A stretch of 64,000 nucleotides of DNA, taken from positions 62,001-126,000 of the IMG/VR virus record IMGVR_UViG_3300023174_000033; one strand, 5' to 3'. Below, piece after piece: positions 53,691-62,349 of the stretch. The notes under the pieces are model-generated. The model saw nothing but the letters and a program-made list of their open reading frames with translations. It did not search any database and had not been told where the DNA came from. Made by a program: the position numbers and the translations under genes. Positions within the stretch are counted from its first letter, which is position 1; the number at the start of each line of letters is the position of its first letter.

Positions 53691-54448
53691 GCAGTGAATG
53701 GCACTGAAATACCGTTAGTATTATTATACTTCTTCATTGTCCAATTTTGAGGCATAACAAAATGAGCTCCCCAACTTGAATCTTTATTAAAATCATGAAA
53801 AGTTCCTTCTCTGCCCATAGATGTACAAAGATGGATAAAAGAGCTATCAATACAATGTACTTCCTCCGCTTTCTCAATCATCCCACACCAATCAGTAATT
53901 GAACCAGTAATTGGAGTCACCCGAATAATTTTTAAATCTTTTCTAGTTTCCAATGGACAAGTTCCCCAAGAAGCAGTGTCATGTATTAAAATGAAAGGTT
54001 CCCCATTTGGGTTTAGTTGGTCTTCTATTTTTTTCTCTGTTTGATAGTCTCTGTCAATCTTAAACGAGGTCCATCTTTTTTCAAAGGGAATATTCATACT
54101 ATCATAAAAAGAAACATCCCAATCTTTCCTTGTTTTATAGTGACCGATCAAATAAATCTTGGAACAGAATTTGACATGAGGTAGATTATAAATTTCATTC
54201 CAATCTCCTTGAACCGATATCAATATCAATCTTTTTTCATCACTAAACATTTTAAATACGGTTGAATAGTTGTGATGTTTTACAGGCATAAAAAAATATT
54301 CAGCATCGGATTCTTGGTTGATTATTTCCCGAGTAAGACCATTGCAAACTATATGATCGCCTAAACCAAGATGTTGGTGAATAAAAATACACTTAACTGG
54401 TTTTTCAGAAATTCTTTTTACTAATTCATTTAATAAGTTTTCTTGCAT
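53687..54448 (-). CDS. Putative glycosyltransferase (GT-B-like)
   Basis: HQHLGLGDH, FILIHD, IEKAEEVHCIDSSF; part of the glycan cluster. Confidence 0.6.
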   Translation of the reverse strand: MQENLLNELVKRISEKPVKCIFIHQHLGLGDHIVCNGLTREIINQESDAEYFFMPVKHHNYSTVFKMFSDEKRLILISVQGDWNEIYNLPHVKFCSKIYLIGHYKTRKDWDVSFYDSMNIPFEKRWTSFKIDRDYQTEKKIEDQLNPNGEPFILIHDTASWGTCPLETRKDLKIIRVTPITGSITDWCGMIEKAEEVHCIDSSFIHLCTSMGREGTFHDFNKDSSWGAHFVMPQNWTMKKYNNTNGISVPFTA

Positions 54449-54462
54449 AATTTAAATTATTT

Positions 54463-55161
54463 TTATCCACGATATCTATGCACATTTACAAATTGCCAAA
54501 AATTCGGATCCAATTCATTCTCATAACAATATTGGTCAATTTGTGGTAGGTGCATAACCTTATGTTTATGAGCCAACAAAGAAAAAATAGCTTGATCGTG
54601 TCTGTGGTCAATAAAATCATCAAAGTTTTCTTTGTGTTGATTTGGAAGATCGGTTATTGCATTTTTATTTTGAGATACTTCCAACCATTCCTCAACAAAA
54701 CTCATAACAAATTCTGTTTTTCTGAAAAAAATGTATGTAGCGTTGATTTGGTTCAAATCTTTTGATTGGTCCTTATCATCACCATTTGCGAAGTAAAAAC
54801 AATCACCTTTCGTATATTTTGATGTTTTGTGTATCAATTGAAAAGCCAAAATACCCCGATTGTCCATGAGCTTCATTATCGGATCAGGGTCTTTGACAAA
54901 CATGGCACCCGCGTCCATATAAATTAAGTAGTCTCCGAAATTTAATTTTTTTAATGTTTTATATATGAGGTGTGGTTTCCAAAGCCAATATCCACCACCC
55001 CTCGGAGAAGAAAGTATCTCTTTATTCCTCTCAAAAAAATCTGCATCTATATCCTTCTCAGAATATCCAATAGTTGTGAATCCAAGTAAATCTGCAACCC
55101 TCAATCCCTCACTTTGTGATTTTACGAATCCATTTGAGGCGTAATTTATAAAGTATTTCAT
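54463..55161 (-). CDS. Putative nucleotide-sugar transferase
   Basis: RGGGYWLWKP, YMDAG, HRHDQAIFS; paralog of 55847-56587. Confidence 0.65.
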   Translation of the reverse strand: MKYFINYASNGFVKSQSEGLRVADLLGFTTIGYSEKDIDADFFERNKEILSSPRGGGYWLWKPHLIYKTLKKLNFGDYLIYMDAGAMFVKDPDPIMKLMDNRGILAFQLIHKTSKYTKGDCFYFANGDDKDQSKDLNQINATYIFFRKTEFVMSFVEEWLEVSQNKNAITDLPNQHKENFDDFIDHRHDQAIFSLLAHKHKVMHLPQIDQYCYENELDPNFWQFVNVHRYRG

Positions 55162-55172
55162 ATTTTGTGAGA

Positions 55173-55832
55173 TTAAATTTGAACTCTTGAAATTTGGTCA
55201 TGTGGTATAGATTGATACTGAGCTTGTGAAACGGTTGAATTCCAATTATAGTAACACATCACTTTGTCAATAACAATTTCAGACTTAGCTCTTGAAATTG
55301 CTTCCATTACAAAAATTGTATCTTCTTGAGTATTTGAGTCCCCAAATGGAATTTCTTTGGCTAAACTTGTTTTCCACGCGCACCAATGCCAAGGTGGTCT
55401 TCTACACGGTACCGTTCTTCCATAATTATCTAAAGCTAACTGGTCGAACGGGAATTTATTATTATGTTGCAAACTTGTTTTTATAATCCAAGTTTTGCCA
55501 TCAATTTGTGCTTGTTGATCATAACAAATCACATCCACATCGGTATTATTAGTTATATGAGATCTCATAGTTTCAACAAAATCAGAAGAAACATCATCAT
55601 CATCATCAATTATGCAAGTATATTTACCTTGTGCGATTTTGAACAACAAAGTTCTTTTTCTACCGACACTCATTGCTTTATTGTCAATGATGGTAACTAC
55701 TTCTATATCTTTTGCATCACCTATCTGAGATTTCAACTTTTCGTAAAGTGGGGTTAGGTGTGTAAACATTCTATCAGGTAAACTAGGTATACCGATTGTT
55801 AATATTATTTCGTTTTTATTGAAATTTGACAT
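55173..55832 (-). CDS. Glycosyltransferase, GT2-like
   Basis: LTIGIPS, G.KR, AQGKY..IIDDDD, ED motif. Confidence 0.8.
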   Translation of the reverse strand: MSNFNKNEIILTIGIPSLPDRMFTHLTPLYEKLKSQIGDAKDIEVVTIIDNKAMSVGRKRTLLFKIAQGKYTCIIDDDDDVSSDFVETMRSHITNNTDVDVICYDQQAQIDGKTWIIKTSLQHNNKFPFDQLALDNYGRTVPCRRPPWHWCAWKTSLAKEIPFGDSNTQEDTIFVMEAISRAKSEIVIDKVMCYYNWNSTVSQAQYQSIPHDQISRVQI

Positions 55833-55846
55833 TTTTATTATTAATT

Positions 55847-56587
55847 TTATCCCCTTATTCTTGTCGCCAAGAAAGGTACTTTTACAACATTAAACAAATG
55901 CATCCACCCATCATAATCGGGTGAGTAAGTTTCATCAGATACAATTACTGGATCTTTCACCTCTAATTTAACCAAACAAGATGAAACCGATTGGTCATGT
56001 CGATGTACTTGGTTTTTTTCATACTTTTTATAATCATTGTATTCATCGCTGAAAAGATATGGTGCAGTTTGTGTGATTTCTAGAAGTCTTTCTAAATATC
56101 TTTGACTATTTTTATTTTTCTTGAAAATCAATACTCCGGCCATAAGTATGTCTCTCTTTCTGAAATCCATATCATCTAATTTGCCGAAAAATTCAAAAAC
56201 TTTTGAATTAGTATGCCAATGTTCCTCGGTTCCTACGTGCTCATATCTGAAAATACCAGATTCGGTATTATCAATCATTTTTAGAAATTCATGGAGTCTT
56301 TCTTTTCCTTGTGGATTAACTGTACAACCACAATCAACATAAACACAATAATCACCATCATTCATTTTTTCAAATGTTTTCAACAAAATAGGTGCCTTCC
56401 ACATCCAATAACCACCACCCCTTGAGTGATTTATATATGGTTCTGTTTTTTTAATAAAATCTTCTGGAAGATCTTCCCTACCATATGCTTGAACATGGTC
56501 CAAATAACCACAATTTATAGCCTCTTTAACGATTCTCTGTTTTGAGGACAAATAATTTTGGTCACCATAAGTAATAAAATATATCAT
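55847..56587 (-). CDS. Putative nucleotide-sugar transferase
   Basis: RGGGYWMWK, YVDCG, HRHDQSV. Confidence 0.65.
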   Translation of the reverse strand: MIYFITYGDQNYLSSKQRIVKEAINCGYLDHVQAYGREDLPEDFIKKTEPYINHSRGGGYWMWKAPILLKTFEKMNDGDYCVYVDCGCTVNPQGKERLHEFLKMIDNTESGIFRYEHVGTEEHWHTNSKVFEFFGKLDDMDFRKRDILMAGVLIFKKNKNSQRYLERLLEITQTAPYLFSDEYNDYKKYEKNQVHRHDQSVSSCLVKLEVKDPVIVSDETYSPDYDGWMHLFNVVKVPFLATRIRG

Positions 56588-56616
56588 ATGTTTTATAATT
56601 AATTATTTATTTTTGT

Positions 56617-57450
56617 TTATTTAGAATCTATAATATCAAAAAGGAACTTTTTGATATTTTCTTCTTTATTATTTTCAGGAATCTGATTCTCCGGAAACCA
56701 TGGATTTGATATCATTTCAAGGTATTTTTCTTGGTTATTGTCTATCTCAATTATCTTTTCAATCATTTCTTTGAAATCATTGTGATCATAATAATTTATG
56801 AAAGATTTAGTATTGAATTCTTTATAAATATCTGGATTACCCCAATAGATAGGAATTGAATTTACCGTCATTGGTTCCATAATTTTTTCAGTGGTATATC
56901 CTTTATGTTGCGGTCTATAAGCATTGTTTTCAAAAGCAATTGAAAATTTATAAGTGGACTGAAACTCTCTTTTATCTTGAACAACGTATCCAATATTATT
57001 CATCCACCGACCACCACAATCTACCTTTTTATATTTTGACAACTCCTTTACAAAGTTATTTCTTTCTTGACAGTTACCGTTTGAAGCTACAAAATTGCAA
57101 AAATTTCTTTTGGAAAAAGATTCATCTATCACTTTCTCTCTCTGTAATTCATAGTATCCATCATAAAGCAAATAATGTGGTAATCTATAATTCCTTGGAT
57201 TATCCAAATAATCAAAAGAAAATGACCAATCACAATAATCCAAAGGGGGTGCTATATTTTCACCAGTATAAAATATCTTTTTACATTTATAATTTTGGTG
57301 ATTATTTCCAAATATTGAAAAGAATAAGAAATCAGGATTGTTACTGATTTCTATATCATATTCATCTTTTAAAAGATTGTAAAAATAATTATTAGTTTTA
57401 TCATATCCTCCCCAAAAATCAGAAAAATCAATTTTTATTTTCTTTTTCAT
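56617..57450 (-). CDS. Alpha-1,3-fucosyltransferase-like (GT10)
   Basis: FYTGEN, YRLP, FCNFVASN, YKFSIAFEN...GYTTEKI, IPIYWG. Confidence 0.88.
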   Translation of the reverse strand: MKKKIKIDFSDFWGGYDKTNNYFYNLLKDEYDIEISNNPDFLFFSIFGNNHQNYKCKKIFYTGENIAPPLDYCDWSFSFDYLDNPRNYRLPHYLLYDGYYELQREKVIDESFSKRNFCNFVASNGNCQERNNFVKELSKYKKVDCGGRWMNNIGYVVQDKREFQSTYKFSIAFENNAYRPQHKGYTTEKIMEPMTVNSIPIYWGNPDIYKEFNTKSFINYYDHNDFKEMIEKIIEIDNNQEKYLEMISNPWFPENQIPENNKEENIKKFLFDIIDSK

Positions 57451-58142
57451 ATTGAAACTTGCAACCTCTCATTAAGTGATAGCTTTCTTCTTATTTCCCA
57501 TTTATGCTTATCATCCTCAAATTTATTGTAGTAATTTTGGTCATTTTGGTCTGGATTTCTTTTACCATTTGACCAATGAAAATGCTCAAATACAAAATCT
57601 TTATCTTGCAACCTTTCATCAATAATTAATTTCAATTGTTCAGCATTCAAATAGTGTTCAGCATCGGAACACAAATGATTATAAGCCGGATTATAAATTA
57701 TTTTATTCATTTTGAGCAAAGCCGAATAAGTCATAATTGGAATACTAAATACAGGTTCTGCCATATTACTAAAATCAAGAGCTTGGTACCCATCATTGAC
57801 CATCAAACAACCTTCCCTACCTTTTAACTTTTCAGATATATACTTGTCCCAATTATTTGGAGGTAAGAAATCATCAGAAGCAAAAATCACAACATCATCC
57901 GAGTTTCCCTCAACTCTAGAACTTAAATAATATGATGGATAAGCAACCCCTATTCTATCAGGTCTATCAGTTATAACAACATCTAAACTTGGTAAAGTTT
58001 TTAAGATTGAATCTTTCTGTGTTTGTGTGTTTACACAGACATATGTTTTTATCGTTTCATTTTTTGAGGATTTGTCCATCCAAGTTTTGAAAGAAGATAG
58101 AAAAACCTCGGGTCTTATCGTACACCATAATAAATGTATCAT
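57447..58142 (-). CDS. Putative glycosyltransferase (GT-A fold)
   Basis: TIRP, ASDDF.P..WD, Y.H..SD.E, FEH.H. Confidence 0.65.
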   Translation of the reverse strand: MIHLLWCTIRPEVFLSSFKTWMDKSSKNETIKTYVCVNTQTQKDSILKTLPSLDVVITDRPDRIGVAYPSYYLSSRVEGNSDDVVIFASDDFLPPNNWDKYISEKLKGREGCLMVNDGYQALDFSNMAEPVFSIPIMTYSALLKMNKIIYNPAYNHLCSDAEHYLNAEQLKLIIDERLQDKDFVFEHFHWSNGKRNPDQNDQNYYNKFEDDKHKWEIRRKLSLNERLQVSI

Positions 58143-58912
58143 ATTGCCATATTTTTCATTTTATCAACATTACCAATGGCATCCTTTGATTGGACTGTTA
58201 ATTCGTAAAGTTGTTCTTTATTTAGGGTTAAATATCTGTTATATAAATGTAAATTTCTGAAATATAGTTCTTGATTTATATTGCCACGAATATGCCACAA
58301 ATGATAACATTTATCTTTAGCTTGAAAATGGTTTAAATAATTTTTTACTTTTATTGATTGGTAATCATCTTCAGCTCCCCATCCCCAAAAATCCTCGTTC
58401 CATCCACAGATTTTCTCTAAAGCTTGCTTTTGGAATATTATTATCCCACCACAAAAAGGAACTTTTTGGTGGTCAGTTTCTCCTCTACCTGGCCTTACAA
58501 TTGAATATAATTGGTTTATATCACCAGTTTTCCAATATTGTTCTGTTTCATTATATTCCAAATCTACCACCGATGAATATGGGTTTATACATTCATATTC
58601 GGAGACCAAATTAATTGAATTCATTAAAGACTCTTTATTCATAACCAAATCCGCATCTCCGAAAACTATAACGTCAGATTGAGCACTCTTCCAAGCCACA
58701 TTGAAACACCAAGCTTTATTAAAGGGATGTTCATTTTGAAGGAATATGTGTTTAAATTTTACACCCAAATCAACAGTTGAGAGGTAAGAATTCTTATCAC
58801 TTTCCACTACGATTATTTCACAATCAAGTTCCGAAACCCAACCCAAAATTTTTTGTAGATTATGAATTCTGTCTGGTGAATTTCTATAAGCTATTATATA
58901 AGAAAATTTCAT
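58139..58912 (-). CDS. Glycosyltransferase, GT7/GT2 galactosyltransferase-like
   Basis: IIAYR, FNKAW..N, DAD, GWNEDFWGWGAEDD, HLWH. Confidence 0.85.
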   Translation of the reverse strand: MKFSYIIAYRNSPDRIHNLQKILGWVSELDCEIIVVESDKNSYLSTVDLGVKFKHIFLQNEHPFNKAWCFNVAWKSAQSDVIVFGDADLVMNKESLMNSINLVSEYECINPYSSVVDLEYNETEQYWKTGDINQLYSIVRPGRGETDHQKVPFCGGIIIFQKQALEKICGWNEDFWGWGAEDDYQSIKVKNYLNHFQAKDKCYHLWHIRGNINQELYFRNLHLYNRYLTLNKEQLYELTVQSKDAIGNVDKMKNMAI

Positions 58913-60081
58913 TTTTTTGATTTTGACTTTTTAATTTTAACAACCATTTCTTCCTTTTCCTTATTATAATCAAGTAGAATTTTACTCCCCTTTGGTGGAT
59001 TTGACTTGATTATTTCTTCTGTGATTGGATCCTCAATGTACTTTTGTATTGCTCTCTTCAATGGTCTAGCGCCATATTCAGCATCGTATCCTTTTTCTGT
59101 GACATAGTCTTTAGCCGCATCTGTCAAATCAAAATCAAAATCTAAAGATGCGATCCTTTCTATCATTTTTTTCAACTCCACGTTGATTATCTTTTGAATA
59201 TCTTCTTTTTCCAAAGAATTAAAAGTTATCACTTCATCAATTCTGTTTAGAAATTCAGGCGCGAATGTTTTTTTCAATTCTTTCTCAATTACTTCTTTTG
59301 AGTCAGAACCCTTATTTGACTCTTTTGATTTTGTAGTAAACCCTATACCGGTTCCGAAATCTTTTAATTGTCTAGAACCAGTATTTGAGGTCATTATAAT
59401 TATAGTATTCTTAAAATCAACTTTTCTACCCATTGAGTCTGTTAGCTGACCATCATCTAAAACTTGTAGTAACATATTAAAGACTTCTGGGTGAGCTTTC
59501 TCAATTTCATCAAGTAAAATTACAGAATATGGACGCCTTCTTACTTTTTCAGTTAGTTGACCACCCTCGTCATGTCCGACATATCCTGGAGGAGCTCCAA
59601 CCAATCTTGAAGTAGCAAACTTCTCCATGAATTCACTCATGTCAATTCTTATAAGTGATTCAGAAGAATCAAATAAATGTTCAGCAAGTACCTTGGCTAG
59701 TTGAGTATTGTGACTCAATAAACCATTTGTATAATACCTTCTGTCAGAATTTCCATCTAACTCAAGATCAAACATCACTTCATTATAATTCAACTCTTCA
59801 ACAGAATCAACTTCTTCAATTCCATTTTCAGCAATTATTCTATCACCGACTTTTAAGTCTTTCACAAAAACTTCTTCCAAGTTTTCTCTGAAAAGAATAT
59901 GATTATCAGCACAATAAAGTATTGTTTTATTTTTAGTAGTTAGTCTAAATACATCATACTTTACTGTTTGATGTAAATATTTTATATCTACAAATCCTGA
60001 ATCAGTCAATACTTCAAAATCATCAACTTTGTAGGAATCTGTTATTTTTTTATCATATAATGATAATTCGCTTGCTTTCAT
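58909..60081 (-). CDS. clpC: C-intein fused to the C-terminal half of a ClpC-like AAA+ ATPase (split gene)
   Basis: ATG 60081. 125-aa intein fragment, then TQLAK..., RIDMSEF, SRLVGAPPGYVG, LLDEIEKAHP, GIGF loop, PEFLNRID, GARPLKRAI. Confidence 0.88.
   Translation of the reverse strand: MKASELSLYDKKITDSYKVDDFEVLTDSGFVDIKYLHQTVKYDVFRLTTKNKTILYCADNHILFRENLEEVFVKDLKVGDRIIAENGIEEVDSVEELNYNEVMFDLELDGNSDRRYYTNGLLSHNTQLAKVLAEHLFDSSESLIRIDMSEFMEKFATSRLVGAPPGYVGHDEGGQLTEKVRRRPYSVILLDEIEKAHPEVFNMLLQVLDDGQLTDSMGRKVDFKNTIIIMTSNTGSRQLKDFGTGIGFTTKSKESNKGSDSKEVIEKELKKTFAPEFLNRIDEVITFNSLEKEDIQKIINVELKKMIERIASLDFDFDLTDAAKDYVTEKGYDAEYGARPLKRAIQKYIEDPITEEIIKSNPPKGSKILLDYNKEKEEMVVKIKKSKSKK
59707..60081 (-). mobile_element. 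Split intein C-fragment (no block A, no endonuclease)
   Basis: VLTDSGF, block B CADNHIL, block F MFDLEL, block G YYTNGLLSHN followed by +1 Thr. No N-terminal Cys/Ser block A. Confidence 0.85.
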
Positions 60082-60154
60082 AAAATTAAAAAAGATTTTC
60101 AAGGGTTTTTATCAAACTAATTGAATTTGTTTAGAAAAAAATTTGAAAATAAAG

Positions 60155-60225
60155 AGGTCCGCCCTGGAGTCGAACCAGGCTAGATGGTGTTGCAAACCAT
60201 CACATAACCGCTCTGACATCGGACC
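60155..60225 (-). tRNA. trnC: tRNA-Cys(GCA)
   Basis: GGTCCGATGTCAGAGCGGTTATGTGATGGTTTGCAACACCATCTAGCCTGGTTCGACTCCAGGGCGGACCT; U73; A7-G66 mismatch; no encoded CCA. Confidence 0.88.
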
Positions 60226-60393
60226 CTATTTAAGAATCTCTTCTATTTTTTCATCCCTCTGAAGTTGTGTGTAATAATCTTCAGATTGAAGATCAAAAAC
60301 ATAGCATTCATACATACGAATTAAATCACTATAGGATTCAAGTGCAATGTGTTTAGACTCTTGTAGATAATTTAGGTATTCTTCAGAATTCAT
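60226..60393 (-). CDS. 55-aa hypothetical protein with C-terminal RDEKIEEIL motif
   Basis: Below the ORF-track cutoff. MNSEEYLNYL...QRDEKIEEILK*; TATCTTTG element directly upstream. Confidence 0.6.
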   Translation of the reverse strand: MNSEEYLNYLQESKHIALESYSDLIRMYECYVFDLQSEDYYTQLQRDEKIEEILK

Positions 60394-60447
60394 AATACAA
60401 AGATAGGAATTATTAGTTAGAATGTGAGATATTTCTCAAATCTTTAT

Positions 60448-61074
60448 TCAAAGATTTGAGAAATATGTTGGTCTCTTCACAACTGGTAATACTTTATTTA
60501 CCCAAACTTCATGATTGTCACTTAATTTACCAATTGAGGAATATCCGTAATCTTCAAGATAAGAAAAATCATTTGTTTTATTATTCCAAGTATAGTCATG
60601 GTACTCAAGTAAAATAACTCCGAATTTTACGAAGTCAAAATCAATACCACTTAAAACCTCATGCTCATAACCTTCAACATCAAGAGAAAAGAAATCAATA
60701 TTCCTCATATTGTGTTTTTTCAAAAGAGTGTCTAAAATAGTCACTGGCCAAATTGTATAATTTTCTTGGTCAATATCATGAATACCAGGAATATTGTACA
60801 TATGGTCATACTCATGTTTATAAGCTTTGATGGTTTCTTCCTTATAATCTCTACCAACAAGTGCGTAATTCTCAACTATTGATTGGGGTCTCAATATTTT
60901 ATAATCCTCATTATGGTCCATTCTTGGCTCAACTAACAATCCGGACCATCCGTTTTGTTCTAGCCTGTAAGTATTATTTTGATCTGTTGGGTGACTTGAA
61001 CCGGTCTCTAAATAGACTCCTTTGAAGTTTTTAAAGAAGTCTAATATGAATCGGTCTATATTGTGTTGACTCAT
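60448..61074 (-). CDS. FkbM-family SAM-dependent methyltransferase
   Basis: YLETGS, NTY.LE..GWSGLLVEP, IDFFSLDVEGYE. Confidence 0.85.
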   Translation of the reverse strand: MSQHNIDRFILDFFKNFKGVYLETGSSHPTDQNNTYRLEQNGWSGLLVEPRMDHNEDYKILRPQSIVENYALVGRDYKEETIKAYKHEYDHMYNIPGIHDIDQENYTIWPVTILDTLLKKHNMRNIDFFSLDVEGYEHEVLSGIDFDFVKFGVILLEYHDYTWNNKTNDFSYLEDYGYSSIGKLSDNHEVWVNKVLPVVKRPTYFSNL

Positions 61075-61126
61075 AATTTTATTTTTTTTTGTGTGTATTT
61101 TAAGGAACTCATTTAGAGTCCCTTTG

Positions 61127-61198
61127 TAGTCCCGCCAGGAATCGAACCTGGAAGAATTGCTTAGAAGGCAACCAGTATATCCGTTTACTTACAGGACC
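61127..61198 (-). tRNA. trnR: tRNA-Arg(UCU)
   Basis: GGTCCTGTAAGTAAACGGATATACTGGTTGCCTTCTAAGCAATTCTTCCAGGTTCGATTCCTGGCGGGACTA; no encoded CCA. Confidence 0.88.
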
Positions 61199-61210
61199 AT
61201 ATACTTTATA

Positions 61211-61588
61211 TCAAAGACTCTGAAAAAAGTTCTTCAATTTAATCCTTTCATCCCTATAATCGTCCCAGGTACTGCCTTTGCCCAAATCAACCATATGTTT
61301 CTGTTTCTTATGACAAACATAATACTTTTCATTTTCAAATCCAAGTTCAAAGTCAGAATTTTCCCAATATTCATCAATTAACTTATTAATCATTTTCTGA
61401 ATAGATTCTTCTGTTGTGACTTTAATATGGAAAGGATCGATGTAGAATGGGAAATCTCCCAATTCATCTTCATCAAACATTTTATCACCTTCTTTATCAA
61501 GGGATTTTTTCATTTTCTTTTGAAGAACTTTAATCCTTTCAAGGAGTTCAATTTTTTCGTCAATGCAATCAACTTCAATTTGTATCAT
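61211..61588 (-). CDS. Hypothetical protein
   Basis: 125 aa; ends RDERIKLKNFFQSL. Confidence 0.55.
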   Translation of the reverse strand: MIQIEVDCIDEKIELLERIKVLQKKMKKSLDKEGDKMFDEDELGDFPFYIDPFHIKVTTEESIQKMINKLIDEYWENSDFELGFENEKYYVCHKKQKHMVDLGKGSTWDDYRDERIKLKNFFQSL

Positions 61589-61857
61589 GATAATAAATTT
61601 TTAATTTGTTCGTCTCTGTTTAATTGAATAAAATAAGGGTCCTCTTTCATAAATATCTCAATGTTAGATCTGAATTGTCTAGACAAAGGTTTGTATTTGT
61701 GTAAATAAATTTGTAGTTTTTCATTGGGATATAATTTGTGGAAGGTTTTCAAAAATTCTTCATCACTTTCGTCCCATCTACCGAGAGATTTAACACGGTA
61801 TTCACTCCACATTTTATTTGTACCCTGAAACACATGACCTTTGTATAGACCAATCAT
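61585..61857 (-). CDS. Small hypothetical protein with C-terminal RDEQIKNLL motif
   Basis: 90 aa; coupled to greA. Confidence 0.55.
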   Translation of the reverse strand: MIGLYKGHVFQGTNKMWSEYRVKSLGRWDESDEEFLKTFHKLYPNEKLQIYLHKYKPLSRQFRSNIEIFMKEDPYFIQLNRDEQIKNLLS

Positions 61858-62327
61858 TACTTGACTCGGATTTCCAAAATCCCAAGTTCCATTTTACCAA
61901 TAGGAACTTCAGCAATTACTTTATCACCAACTCTTTTACCCATCAGAGCAGCCCCAATCGGACTGAGGTGTGAAATTTTTCCACTCTTGATATCAATTTC
62001 ATTCTCGGGCACAATCCGATATTCAATTGTAACACCACTTTTGGTATTCTTAAATTTAACCCATGTAAGTAGTTGAACTGTACCATCATCAATAATACCC
62101 TCTAAAATTTCAGCATCTGCCAATTTTTGTGAAAGATTATTAATTTTTCTATTCAAATCATCAAGGGCTGTTTTAGCAGCATCATATTCAGCATTTTCAG
62201 ATAAGTCACCCTTATCTTTTGCTTCTGCTAAATTTTGAATATGTTCCCTAAGTTGAGGACCCCTCATATCTCTTAGTTCTTGTTCTAGTTTTTGAAACCC
62301 TTCACGGGTCATAGGTATTCTTGCCAT
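61857..62327 (-). CDS. greA: Transcription elongation factor GreA
   Basis: MTREG..KL..EL, GDLSENAEYDAAK, IS..SPIG.AL.GK.VGD. Confidence 0.95.
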   Translation of the reverse strand: MARIPMTREGFQKLEQELRDMRGPQLREHIQNLAEAKDKGDLSENAEYDAAKTALDDLNRKINNLSQKLADAEILEGIIDDGTVQLLTWVKFKNTKSGVTIEYRIVPENEIDIKSGKISHLSPIGAALMGKRVGDKVIAEVPIGKMELGILEIRVK

Positions 62328-62349
62328 ATTTTTAATTTTAATTTGAATT

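Noticed and set aside
58909-60230. clpC as a simple frameshifted pseudogene
   Set aside because: Upstream DNA is a tRNA and unrelated genes, with no Clp sequence recognised in other frames. The break falls inside an intein and the downstream motifs are intact, so a split intein fits better, though this is unproven without the partner gene.
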